A DNA stretch of 64,000 nucleotides from Octopus vulgaris (lineage: Eukaryota). Location: contig OX597817.1 in assembly GCA_951406725.2 (NCBI GenBank), positions 14,322,001 through 14,386,000 of the forward strand. The letters run 5' to 3'. A program made the translations under genes and the position numbers. The notes beneath the pieces are model-generated. The model was not told the origin of the DNA and made no database searches. It saw nothing but the letters and a program-made list of their open reading frames with translations. Positions 27,610 to 41,054 of the stretch are shown in pieces. How positions within the stretch are numbered: the stretch's first letter is position 1; the number at the start of each line of letters is the position of its first letter.

Positions 27610-28254
27610 AGTGCGTGTGTGCGTGCATGCATGTTGTATAGAACTGGTTAGTTGGTCAGTACTGAAAGCAATGCCATCTTAATTCCCCATGGAGAAATAA
27701 ACTGGAAACAGAGTTATGTGTGTGGGTGTCTAAAAGTAGTAACTCTGGCGACAAAAATCTTGGTACACAAGAAAAATGTGGTGCTAAATGGTGTTGGGGG
27801 TGAAGGATGGAAGAATTGAATGGTGTTGGATGGGTTGAAATGGAGCGTCAGGGAAAGAAGAGAAAAAGGCACAGAGAGAGACAGACAGATAGACAGAGAA
27901 AGAAAGAGAGAGAAACAGATAGACAGGCATACAAACAGACAGATAGATAAAGAGAGAGATTTATGGTACTGGTAAGGCACACATACACACACATGTATAT
28001 ATATGAAAAGAGATGAAAATTAACAAGTCATTTTATTCCCACCTGTCAGGAATTATTTTCAAGTTTGTGAATTCAGCAAAAAGGTAAGAAAAATTTACAT
28101 CATTGATAGAAAGGCTGAGAAGATTCACGGAATATTTTTTGTTTCTTCTTCAACATATTTTCCGAAAGTTTATACTGAAATCTTTTTGAACAAATTATTG
28201 AAAAAGTTTGCTTGAACAGAAATCTCTTCGTGTTTGATTCAAAAATACATAAAA

Positions 28255-30025
28255 TGAGTAACGCAAGTAAAGAAACACTTCGTCAATATTCAGAGGAATA
28301 TTTAAAATTTGGATTTATACCCACTGTCCACGATAAACGGTCACCTTTCTGCCTCTTATGCCAACAAGGCTTGACCAACGAATCAATGAAACCAAATCGT
28401 CTTGAGTTGCATTTGAAGACGAATCTTAGTGTGTATGTAAATTCAGATTAAAATTACTTTAAATCTTTGAAGAAGTTTGTAAAAAGAACAACAATAATGT
28501 CTCTGTTTACTACGCAAACTGTTAACGCCCGTCGTACTCTTGAGGCTAGTTATGAAATTTCATTACTCGTTGTTAAATGTGGGGAAAAACGTACTATTGA
28601 AGAGGATTTAATTAAACCATCAATATCAGCATTTTTAAAAACAGTCCTGGAAAAACATGACAGAGTTGTTCAAGCCATGCCACTCAGTAACAATACTGTT
28701 AGTAGAAGAATGGATGAAATGAGTGAAGATATTGAAACACAACTTGTTGAAAAGCTGAAATCAAAAAAATTCTCATTACAAATGGATGAATCAACTCTAA
28801 GAAACCGCGAGGTCGTATTGCTAACTTATGCAAGATATATTGATAAAGGTGAATTTGCTGAAGAAATGATATTCTGCAAATCATTAGAATCCACCACTAC
28901 CACCACTGATATGCATATGGTAAGCTAACAAAATTACTTGGATGTCAACAATATACCAATAGAGAACATAACATCTTGAGCTGCAGATGGTGCTCCTGTT
29001 ATGATGGGCAAGAAAAAAGGCTGCGTAAAATTGATGAAAGCTGAGAACCCAGGAATGCTTCTTGTGCACTGTGTTATTCATAGAGAGAACTTAGTATTCA
29101 AACATATGTCTCCTTTTCTCAATGAGATACTAAAATCAGTTATAAAATATATCAATGCTATCAAAGCTGCTAATGCCAAATGTGAGCGTCTTTTCAAGCA
29201 GTATCGTGAAAATGAAAATGCAGACTATGTGAGACTTTTATCTCACACTGAGGTAAGGTGGCTCTCAAAGGGGAATTGCTTGAAAAGATTTATGGAACTA
29301 TTTGATGTTATTAGTGACTTTTCAAGTGACAAATCTGAAATGAAGCACCTGCTAACCGTTGATGGTAAAGCATTTGTAAGTTATTTAACAGATATCTTTG
29401 AAAAACTGAATATGTTAAATAAGAAACTTCAAGGATCAAATAAAACTCTTATTGATACAAAGACGAAGATATTTAGCTTTGTTACATTCATTGAGGTTTG
29501 TCAAAAAAATATTTTTAACAAAATTTTTACCAGATTCATTGGCTAAAAAAATGTGAGGTGACCGATGCTGCTGTACTTGTCTTTGTGGATCATCTGAAAA
29601 TATTGGCCTCTGATTTGAAAGAAAGCTTTTCTGATTTAAAGCAAATTGATTTTCCAACATGGATGATGCAGCCAATCCTAGTGGATATATCTGATGTTTC
29701 GATAGAGTACCAAGAAGAACTCTCGGAAATGCAAAATGATGAGTCAATGAAAACTTTATTCAATATAAAAGGAATGATGTCATGGCTTTGTGATGAGATA
29801 GAAACCAAATACCCAAATTCAACCAACTTTGCAAGAAAATTGTTGTTACCATTCCGATCTTCATATTTATCAAAATGTGGCTTTAGTGCTGTAAATGATT
29901 TGTTATTAAAGAAAAGAAATCGACTTGATATCAGTAAACGAGGAGACACGAGGCTAAAGCTGACTAAATTGGTAGCTACTATAAAATCTCTCAATAGCAG
30001 GCATGAAGCACAAGGATCTCACTAA
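28255..30025 (+). pseudogene. hAT Charlie/Buster-type transposase (ZBED5/ZBED8/SCAND3-like), disrupted
   Basis: BED-finger region CLLC..NESMKPNRLELHL, PLSNNTVSRR, FSLQMDEST, DGAPVMMG, HCVIHRE, EVRWLSKG and LPFRSSYLSKCGFS, with a few stops and frameshifts. A possible left TIR, CCGTGATTTCCAACGTGGGG, is at 27217. Confidence 0.9.
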
Positions 30026-30071
30026 CTTTATTTATTTTATATTTCTGCTTTTCAGTTCTCTATTATATGTT

Positions 30072-30263
30072 TGTTGTGTCTTGCTCGACACAGTTCTGTG
30101 TGATATTATGACGACGTACTTCGTCGTCAGCCCGACTGGTCCTGACTGCGTGAGTGGCCGAACGGTGTGCCTCCCCGGCGACTGCCCCACTCCTTATATC
30201 TGTTAATTATTTATTTGTAGAGAAAGAACCTACTTCTCTGGCTCAGGGGTGACTTCCACAACA
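30072..30263 (-). mobile_element. Short LTR (192 bp; the 3' LTR of a minus-strand element) with an adjacent PPT
   Basis: TGTTG...CAACA termini; minus-strand AAGGTGGGGAGG (30264-30275) directly precedes it. The first ~110 bp are repeated at 32689-32798. Confidence 0.72.
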
Positions 30264-30554
30264 CCTCCCCACCTTGAGATTTACACTCAATATATTCTTT
30301 TACATCATTTTTTTCTCCATCTATCACATAGAACAAAATCTTTTTTTTTTCTATCTCCTATCACAGAGAAATTAATTATTTTATAGAGTTCACCGATATA
30401 CACCTATCAACAATTTTTTTTTTTCAACTCTAACACAGAGCAAAGTCTTTTTTTTTTTTTTTTTTTCAATTTCTCATCACAGAAGCATTAAATTATTACA
30501 TAGAGTTCTCCGACACACATCCATCGGCAATTATTATTATCATTATTATTATTA

Positions 30555-30613
<59 letters not shown>

Positions 30614-30641
30614 GTTGTTGTTATTATATTATTATTGTTAT

Positions 30642-31443
30642 TCAGTAGTTTTATTTTTATAGCGTGCTTTCACTTCACTACCGAGCACAGCTCTGTGTGC
30701 CTTGGGTATGTGCTGTGATTTGCTGTGATGCTCTAATGGTTATTGTATGGAAAGGGTTCTGCGTAGGATGTGTGCAGTGCCTAGTAGTGCAATTTTCTGT
30801 ATGTTATATGTGTTTGTAAGTCCTGGTGTTTTTGTTATGTATTTGTCTGAATATTTTTTTATCATGCCTAATGCACCTACTATGATAGGAATTGTTTCTG
30901 TTTTCAGATTCCACATTCTAGTTACCTCTATTTCCAGGTCTTTGTATTTTGAGAGTTTCTCCATTTCTTTTAGAGACACGTTGTCATCAGCCGGTATTGA
31001 TACATCAATTAGAAAGCATTTTTTTCTTCATGATCTCTGACAACTATATCTAGTCTGTTGGCCTTAATTTCTCTATCTGTGTGTATCGGCATATCCCAGA
31101 GTATGGTTGCTTTCTCGTTTTCTGTGACCTTTTCTGGTGTGTGCCTATACCATCTTTTTTCTGTTGTTATTCCATAATGTTGGCATAGCTTCCAATGTAT
31201 GTAGGTTCCAACTCTGTCATGTCTGTGAATATATTCCTTCTTAGCCAAGACTGGGCAGCTAGAGATAATATGATTTATTGTTTCTTGTCCATCTCCACAT
31301 ATTCTGCAGTTACTTGAAATATTTCTTTTCATTACATGTTTTTGGTAATTTCTGGTGGGGAGGCTTTGGTCTTGTGCTGCAATTAAAAATCCCTCTGTTT
31401 CTGCTTTGAGTCCTGAGCTTCTCAACCATTGCTGGGATTTTTC
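30642..31443 (-). mobile_element. 5'-truncated Dong/R4-type non-LTR retrotransposon inserted in (TAA)n
   Basis: LKAETEGFLIAAQDQSL, CRICGDGQETINHIISSC, YIHRHD, ILWD..ANRLDIVV, EKLSKYKDL, IPIIVGALG; (TTA)n tracts on both sides. Confidence 0.92.
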
Positions 31444-31449
31444 TTATTA

Positions 31450-31496
<47 letters not shown>

Positions 31497-31616
31497 GTTA
31501 TTGTTATTATTATTGATATTGTTATTGTTGTTGTTATTGTTGTTGTTACTGTTGTTGTTGTTGTTGTTGTTGTTGATGATGATGATGATGATGATGATGA
31601 TGACGATGACGATGAC

Positions 31617-31671
<55 letters not shown>

Positions 31672-32033
31672 TTGTTGTTGTTATTATTATTATTCAACTC
31701 TATGTAATACACATTCGAACCATGCTATTCGAATGTATTCCACATTCTTACCAGCAGCGCTACGAACACATAAGCGACCTGACTGAAATCCTTCATCGGA
31801 CTTGTATTATTTTAGGTCAATATAGGTTAGGTTTACAATATTATCAAGAAACGAAAAAGAAAAAAAAATAGTGCAACGGATGTGAAAACAAAATGTGTAG
31901 GAAACGAATATAAAAGCAAAAAATGTGCGGAAAGCAATGGCGGCGAGAGGACTTCGAAAAATGCACAGGGTCCGATTTTTTTCCCTCGTAACTTAAAGGA
32001 AAATGGATATCTTTTGATGAAATTGTATATACA

Positions 32034-32198
32034 GGCGCAGGAGTGGCTGTGTGGTAAGTAGCTTGTTTACCAACCACATGGTTCCGGGTTCAGTCTCACT
32101 GCGTGGCATCTTGGGCAAGTGTCTTCTACTATAGCCCCGGACCGACCAATGCCTTGTGAGTGGATTGGGTAGACGGAAACTGAAAGAAGCCCGTCGTA

Positions 32199-32291
<93 letters not shown>

Positions 32292-32538
32292 ATATGTATA
32301 TGTGTGTGTGTGTGTGTGTTTGTGTGTCTGTGTTTGTCCCCCTAGCATTGCTTGACAACCGATGCTGGTGTGCTTATGTCCCCGTCACTTAGCGGTTCGG
32401 CAAAAGAGACCGATAGAATAAGTACTGGGCTTACAAAAGAATAAGTCCCGGGGTCGAGTTGCTCGATTAAAAGCGGTGCTCCAGCATGGCCGCAGTCAAA
32501 TGACTGAAACAAGTAAAAGAGTAAAAGAGTAAAAGAGT
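32034..32538 (+). mobile_element. SINE-B copy
   Basis: Full-length family B with an expanded internal (TA)/(TG) tract. Confidence 0.9.
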
Positions 32539-32673
32539 ATATATATACCTTTCAAACGGCATGCATTACGGATGCCGAATTCGTCGCAAGCACCTTGTTT
32601 TTGTTCGGAAAAAAGTGTGGTTAGAAACCGGAATTATTGGAAAATGTTAATCCTTTCCACTGCATGTTATTCA

Positions 32674-32798
32674 AATCCTTGTCGCCACTGTTGGGTCTTG
32701 CTCGACACAGTTCTGTGTGGTATTATGACGACGTACTTTGTGGTCGGCTCGACTGGCCCGGACTGCGTGAGTGGCCGAACGGCGTGCCTCGCCGACTG
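32674..32798 (-). mobile_element. Truncated 5' LTR (32689-32798) and primer-binding site
   Basis: Minus strand reads ..AAGACCCAACA-G-TGGCGACAAGGAT, which resembles the complement of a tRNA-Ser(GCT) 3' end (TGGCGACGAGGAT) with one mismatch. Confidence 0.68.
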
Positions 32799-33137
32799 TA
32801 TTTGGCACACAGGCCATGACACAGAGGAGGACGGCACAAGGACAGACAGAACGCCAGAGTGGGTACAAAAAGCATAAAACGAATGAATGAGAAATGGATA
32901 ATAATTAAATGAGGGTGCAATGGCTGCTTGAACCCCACTCTCAAGCAGTACCATTTCACTGTTTTAATACAAAGTTTTTATGTAATTTTTCTCTTTTTTC
33001 CCTTTTAGTATCGCATGTGTAGTCTTTAAAATTTTTTAAAGCTTACTCACGCTTTACCATTTTATATAATTTTTCTCTTTTTTTCCTTTTAGTATCGTAT
33101 GTGTAGTCTTAAAAAAAATTTTAAGCTTACTCACGCT

Positions 33138-34373
33138 TTACCATTTTATATATGGCAGCAAGTCGTCGTAATCTATGACTGGTGACAGGTCGCCAAACTC
33201 TACTCTCACTCCCATTGGGTCTATTTTGTTTCCAAACCATTTCTTCAATTTCTTATATCTTTCCTTGTCTATTACTATGGCTGTTGTACTTTCTGGGTAA
33301 TGTTCCGTTGGCAATTTAACTCTTATCACCGATTTAAATTTGGTGATTTTCCCATCTATAAATGTGCTTTTTGTATATGTTACCATACACCATTTGTTTT
33401 TTTCGGGTCTTTGACTGCAGTGTAATTGGGTTCTCTGTGATGGTTTCCTTTTCTTTTTCTTTTGTTGTCGATGCTGGTGGAGGTTCATGCAGTGAAAAAT
33501 GTGTACAGTTAATTTCACTCTCCTTTTTCTTGAGTGGATTCTTCGGAGGTGAGTTCACTAGTTCTTTTCTTTTTCTTTTGATCACCTCCGTAAATGGTTC
33601 TTCCGCTTCTTTTGTGCATTTTTCATTTTCTAGGTCCACCACTTCGGCATTCTGCTCCTGTTGGCTTTCCTCGTTTTTACTTTCTCTCTGGGGTCACTTT
33701 ATTCTAATATGTCCTCTTTCGCCGCATTGACAGCAAGTTGGTGGCCTTCCTTCTACCACTACTCTCAACCTTATTCCTCCAGTAGTATTATTTCTTCAGC
33801 AATTACATCTAGATCTTGTTGTCCGAGCTGGATGACCATTTCTAGTCCGTATCCCCATAAATTTACCTTCTTTGACCTTGTCACCTTTAGAATTTTGGCC
33901 CCCAACCTCGCTTTGGCCAACAACCTCTTTGATTTCTGGTGGTACTCTGCCTATTCTCACTTTGGCTACCCTTTTGTCACAGTAGGTAGGAAGGAGTACC
34001 CATTTTTCTGTCTTCAGCGTCACAGTAGGGTGGTTTATTGCCTTCTGTTCGTTGGCAAATCTCACCTCCACTGTGCCGTATTTTCTGCTTCTTGTATAGA
34101 ATGATGTCAGGTTCCTAATTTTCTTCAAACATTCTTCAATAGCTTCTTCTGTAGCTGTCTCTATTTTCTTGGTGGTTGTCGATAGAGGTCTGCACACCAC
34201 TGTTCTTTTCTTGGTGCTGGTTATCTACTCTTGTGGAGGGGCCAGCTTTAAACTGGATCTCTCCTTCTGAATCAACTTGTAGTGTTCCTTCAGCTTCTTC
34301 TGTTCAATTTTAATTTCTCGTGCTTCTAGCTAATCTGCACCTTTCTCAGCTGCTGAAGCATAACTCCCGGCAT
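33138..34373 (-). pseudogene. Decayed ORF1/gag-like gene of a non-LTR (L1/Tx1-like) element; no RT seen
   Basis: SYASAA near the N-terminus, RRM-like YGTVEVRF..LPTYC..RVAKVRIGRVPPEI and basic FTEVIKRKRK, with frameshifts. A ~85-bp tandem duplication lies at the 3' end (32975-33150). Confidence 0.5.
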
Positions 34374-34839
34374 GTGCTGGAAGTGGTTCACACTCCATTT
34401 TTTTTTTCATTTTTTTCAGTCACTTCGCCCCAAAATGGGGAAGAAGAAAAACACAAAATTTAACAGGCTCGCAGGCAAGAGCAGCAACGGTATTTTAACA
34501 AATTCAACAAAATGTGGCTCAGCCACGCGGGGTGAACCTTCAACAAAGATACAACAAAGTATAACTCGACAGCCTGTAAATTCATCACTAATTCAAACCT
34601 CACGGTTAGAGTAACGCTGACTATTATACAACTCACTATTTATTAAGTATACACGTGTACAATTATACCTACCACTTACAGAACACAAAAATGCGTTTTC
34701 TGTAGTCGGATATTATTTTTAATAGTAACTAACATGGTTAATGACACTTCTCGTCGGTGCTGGTTAACACTGTTTTATTTATTCATTCAATTAGTCCCAC
34801 TCTCCTCCACCAAGTTCTCTACGGCTTTCAATGTTACTA

Positions 34840-35319
34840 GCGCTCTCTTCCCTCTCTCCTTCTCTTTCTCTTTCTCTCTCTATCTCTCTCTCTCTCTCTT
34901 TCCCTCTTTCCCTCTCTGCCACTACTCTGACTTTATCTCACTACACTTCCTCTTCGTTGTACTTTTACGTCTTCTTTCACCTCTTCCCTCCTCTTTTCTC
35001 AAACTTTCACTCTCACTCTCACTCTCCGTGTGTGTGTGGGGGGGGGTCTATATTACTTGTCCTCTGCGTGTTTGTATGTATGTGCATTAATGCGTATGCA
35101 CGAGTATATGTTTTTATATGTATGTGTCTCCATCACTTGTCCTACTTCTAACTCTTCAGTGTGTGTGCGTGTGTATGTGTGTCTGTGTCTATGTGTGCGT
35201 GTGTATATTGTATATTCTCTCAGTGTATGTGTGTATGCCTTCTCTCTCTCACCCTTCAGTTTTCTATGCGTCTATCTATCCATCCATCCATCTATTTATC
35301 TATCAGTCTATTCCTCCTT

Positions 35320-35370
<51 letters not shown>

Positions 35371-35560
35371 GCCATCCATTCATCCATCTGTCTATCAGTC
35401 TATCTATCAATCTATCTATCCATCCATCCATCCATCACTATCTCTTTATCTATATATCTGTCAATCATTCTATCTCTCCATCTATGTATTTATCTATCTA
35501 TCCATCTATCTATCAGTCTATCTATCATTTAATCAATCTATCTATCATTCTATCTATTAT

Positions 35561-35594
<34 letters not shown>

Positions 35595-35628
35595 CATCCA
35601 ACCATCTATACATCTCTATCAATCTATG

Positions 35629-35704
<76 letters not shown>

Positions 35705-35913
35705 AATCTATCTGTCTATCTATCAATCTCTCTCCCTCCTCTCTCTATCTATCTATGTATCTATCTATCTATGTATCTATCTATCCGTTTATCAATCTAT
35801 CCATCCATCTCTCTCTCTCTCTCTTTTTATCTTTCTATCCAACCAGTCATCTATCCAGACATCCATCTCTCCTTCTCTCTCTTCCTCTCTTTCTCTCTCT
35901 TCTTTTCTCTCTC

Positions 35914-35962
<49 letters not shown>
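34840..35962. repeat. (CT)n / (TCTA)n / (TCCA)n compound microsatellite
   Basis: Read directly. Confidence 0.93.
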
Positions 35963-36503
35963 TGTTACTCGTCCAACAGCAAGTTGAGTCAAGAGACAAT
36001 GTTTTAATGTTTTACACAGAACATAAAACCAGCGCCTAATCACTGGATATAAAACTCACGACTCTTCATCGTGTCTGCTTTTCGTGTTCAGACTAAAAAA
36101 ACTCTTTAGAATTCTCGTCATGTTTAGCTTTCAATTGCAAATAGATAGGGACACATGATTACAATTCTATTTTATTTTATCTTATTTTATTTTATTTTAT
36201 TAATTTGATTTTGAATTCTAACTTTAAGTTGGGGGTTGTTCTGTTTTGCCTTTTTCTACTAAGTCATTTGTTTGTTTATATTTTTTTATTTTTATGCGTA
36301 TATTCATTTATCTTTTCTGTCTTCTTTTCTTTCTTTTTTTTTTTGTTCACACCTCATTGTAATTTGGTCCCACCGGTCCGTTTAACCAAAGTTATGGGGC
36401 AAGTAATAAAAGTAATGAATGCGAAGCAATAATGTGTGTACGTGTGTATATGTATCTGTGCGTAAGTCTATACACTATCTATTTATATGCTGTATAAATC
36501 TCC

Positions 36504-36535
<32 letters not shown>

Positions 36536-36671
36536 TTAAGTCCGCATGTGCGTGAATATACATATATATAATTAAATAAATATAAGTGTGTGTGTGTGTG
36601 CGTGCGTGTGTATGTGTGTGTGTGTGTATGTGTGAGTGTGTGTGTACACACACACACATATCAATGTATTT

Positions 36672-36709
<38 letters not shown>

Positions 36710-36984
36710 TCCGCATGTGCGTGAATATACATATATATAATTAAATTAATATAAGTGCGAGTGTGTGTGTGTGTGTGTGCTTAAGTACATATGAAAGGAG
36801 TAAAACAATCATTAATTTGTAGGAGATGAAGAAGCCGATGATGTATGTATACCTGGCAGTGGCTGAACACATAAAAACATCAATCTTCCTAATGAACACA
36901 GCTTCGGGTAACATCAGTGTTACACCGAAGTAGGTACAGGACAGCTGCGGCACAAGTTTGGCGAAGAAGAGGAGAAAAGAACAC

Positions 36985-38140
<1,156 letters not shown>

Positions 38141-38455
38141 GAGAGAGAAAAGGGAGCTTGGATGGAGGGGCGAGGTACTAGTTGAGAGGCGGTGGCGTAG
38201 TGGGGACGTATTTGAGTTGACGGGTGACGAAGGAAAAAAGAAGAGATAATTGATTCGTCGCAATCCTACGACATCTTATTCAATTTAAACCATTGTCTAA
38301 AAGAGAAGCTCAAATAGCAGATGAAGAGTGCGACCAACAAAGGGATTCTTTTCTACTATAAAAGTGACATCATGGATGCTCGAGATGAAATGTAAAGATA
38401 CCTTTGACATTTTTTATTAATCTGTCTTATGTAAGCATTTCAGTGTTAATGTAGT

Positions 38456-39240
38456 TATTTTTTTGCTACCCACAAGGGGCTAAATACTGAGGGGACAAAC
38501 AAATACAGACAAACGAATTAAGTCGATTATATCGACCCCAGTGCGTAACTGGTACTTAATTTATCGACCCCAAAAGGATGAAAGGCAAAGTCGACCTCGG
38601 CGGAATTTGAACTCACAACGTAACAGCAGACGAAATACCTATTTCTTTATTACCCACAAGGGGCTAAATACAGAGGGGACAAACAAATACAGACGAACGA
38701 ATTAAGTCGATTATATCGACCCCAGTGCGTAACTGGTACTTAATTTATCGACCCCGAAAGGATGAAAGGCAAAGTTGACCTTGGCGGAATTTGAACTCAC
38801 AACGTAACGGCAGATGAAATACCTATTTCTTTATTACCCACAAGGGGCTAAACACAGAGGGGACAAACAAGGACAGGACATAGGTATTAAGTCGATTACA
38901 TCGACCCCAGTGCGTAACTGGTACTTAATTTATCGACCCCGAAAGGATGAAAGGCAAAGTTGACTTCGGCGGAATTTGAACTCACAACGTAACGGCAGAC
39001 GAAATACCTATTTCTTTACTACCCACAAGGGGCTAAACACAGAGTGGACAAACAAGGACAGGCATAGGTATTAAGTCGATTACATCGACCCCAGTGCGTA
39101 ACTGTTACTTAATTTATCGACCCCGAAAGGATAAAAGGCAAAGTCGACCTCGGCGGAATTTGAACTCACAACGTAACGGCAGACGAAATACCGCTAAGCA
39201 TTTCGCCCGGTGTGCTAACGTTTCTGCCAGCTCGCCGCCT
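38456..39240 (-). mobile_element. SINE-A tetramer (one head plus three ~183-bp headless units) inside a single 16-bp TSD
   Basis: TCAGTGTTAATGTAGT at 38440-38455 and 39241-39256; the junction GAAATAC|CTATTTCTTT occurs three times. Confidence 0.9.
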
Positions 39241-39392
39241 TCAGTGTTAATGTAGTGGTTGATGGTGGTGGTGGTGGTGGTGGTGGTGGTGGTGGTGGTG
39301 GTGGTGGTGGTGGTGGTGGTGGTGGTGGTGGTGGTAGTGGTGGTGCCTAGAATATGCGTTGCCGCATACATACATCCATGTATATACATAGG

Positions 39393-39892
39393 TGCGTGGG
39401 GGAGGGGCTGAAAAGTTCTTGGCTTCGGGTAAAATAGAATACAGGAGGATCAGTAAATTATGATTTTACCCAACATATTCCCCCTTTCAGATTCACGCAC
39501 TTATTGTAGCGGTCCTTCAGTTTTTCTAGGCCCCGTAAAAGAACTCAGGATGTTGGGCCTCCAAACAGGCCCTTCGTGATACTCTTGCTTCAGAGCGTCG
39601 GCTGCGGGGTCACTCCGAAAAGCTCTATCTGCGACGATTTCATCTCAATCGAAGGAGAGGGGCTTTCTCCGTCCGGGTTGCGGATCCGTGGAACAAGCTG
39701 CCGGACGAGATGGTGAAGATGCCGACGACCGCTCGGTTCAAAGTCTCCCTTGACCACAAGTGGCCTGAACTCTTTACATGAACACCACCCTGTACATAAC
39801 TCCATGTCCCCCTACATGGCCTTGCTTTTTGCTTTTTGAGCCAAAATTAACCAACTAACCCTTAAAGCCAGATACTTTTCAGCATCCTTCGT
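39393..39892. mobile_element. Mariner-derived MITE containing a CR1 insertion
   Basis: TIR-like GAGGGGCTGAAAAGTTCTTGGCT / AGCCAGATACTTTTCAGCATCCTTCG; the minus strand encodes DRYNKCVNLKG.EYV, a mariner transposase C-terminus. Confidence 0.7.
39588..39859 (+). mobile_element. CR1-type LINE 3' fragment
   Basis: LRGHSEKLYLRRFHLNRRRGAFSVRVADPWNKLPDEMVKMPTTARFKVSLDHKWPELFT*, matching the CR1 ORF2 terminal pattern RGH..FS.RV...WN.LP..FK..LD. Confidence 0.85.
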
Positions 39893-39929
39893 GTGTGTGT
39901 TTGTGTCTGTATTCTTTTATTTATTAATT

Positions 39930-40100
39930 TTTTTTTGTGCATTTCAGTCCAAAGGTTGAGGCCATGCTAAAGCACAACCAGTTTAAAGATGTTTACAGTT
40001 TCTAGGTTTCCCAAGCCCTCATCCATCGAAATGCTAACTAGGCTCGACCTTATCTTCGGTGATCAGAGGAAAACTGGTATTTTCAATGTGATAAGACTAA
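39930..40100 (-). pseudogene. Degenerate 5S rRNA-derived sequence joined to a SINE-B-like 3' tail (candidate SINE3)
   Basis: Minus strand CACATTGAAAATACCAGTTTTCCTCTGATCACCGAAGATAAGGTCGAGCCTAGTTAGCATTTCGATGGATGAGGGCTTGGGAAACCTAGAAACTGTAAAC is colinear with animal 5S rRNA. Confidence 0.7.
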
Positions 40101-40337
40101 CGTGTGTGTATGTATGTATGTATGTATGTATGTATGTATGTATGTATGTATATATGTAGGTATATTTATATATCTATCTGTGTGTATGTGTGTGTGTGTA
40201 TGTGTAATTAAGCCTATGTCCGGTCACTATGACCAGATATAGACTTAACAGCATATAAGTACATCACTGCTCTATGCTTTAGAATGTGCCTCTTTTTCGG
40301 ATATACGATACACTGACGATATATACCAGGACATTAA

Positions 40338-40457
40338 CCCTTTGAACCCTGACCTCCTGAACACCCTATTTTACCATATACCTGGCACTCCGCCGGTGCT
40401 ACGGTATAGAGAAAAATAAGCCATCCACTGGTAAACCGGTATTACGGGCTCAAAGGA
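40338..40457. mobile_element. piggyBac-type MITE
   Basis: TTAA|CCCTTTGA...TCAAAGGA|TTAA. Confidence 0.6.
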
Positions 40458-40641
40458 TTAAGGATGAAATGTCCGATTTTCTTATGCACCAAGTTTGACA
40501 GTCTTTAACTCTAGTGTTTTATCCTGACGATTATTTGTTTTACAACGTTGAAGAGTTAGATAATCACTTTTAGAAATGCAATTCATGGTGTCTGATATAT
40601 TGTGAGTTTTCTCTTGTAAATCAATTTTTGTGAACCCATAA

Positions 40642-41046
40642 CAGGAGTGGCTGTGTGGTAAGTAGCTTGCTTACCAACCACATGGTTCCGGGTTCAGTCC
40701 CACTGCGTAGCACCTTGGGCAAGTGTATTCTGCTATAGCCTCAGGCCGACCAATGCCTTGTGAGTAGATTTGGTAGACGGAAACTGAAAGAAGCCTGTCG
40801 TATATATATATGTATGTGTGCGTATATGCTTATGTGTCTGTGTTTGTCCCCCTAGCATTGCTTGACAACCGATGCTGGTGTGTTTACGTACCCGTCACTT
40901 AGCGGTTCGGCAAAAGAGACCGATAGAATAAGTACTGGGCTTACAAAGAATAAGTCCCGGGGTCGATTTGCTCGACTAAAGGCGGTGCTCCAGCATGGCC
41001 GCAGTCAAATGACTGAAACAAGTAAAAGAGTAAAGAGTAAAGAGTA
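40642..41046 (+). mobile_element. SINE-B copy
   Basis: Full-length family B abutting the start of the mariner coding region. Confidence 0.9.
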
Positions 41047-41054
41047 ATAGATAG

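Noticed and set aside
38456-39240. Regularly spaced repeats that could suggest a CRISPR array
   Set aside because: The units are ~183-bp SINE bodies without unique spacers; eukaryotic context and no cas genes.
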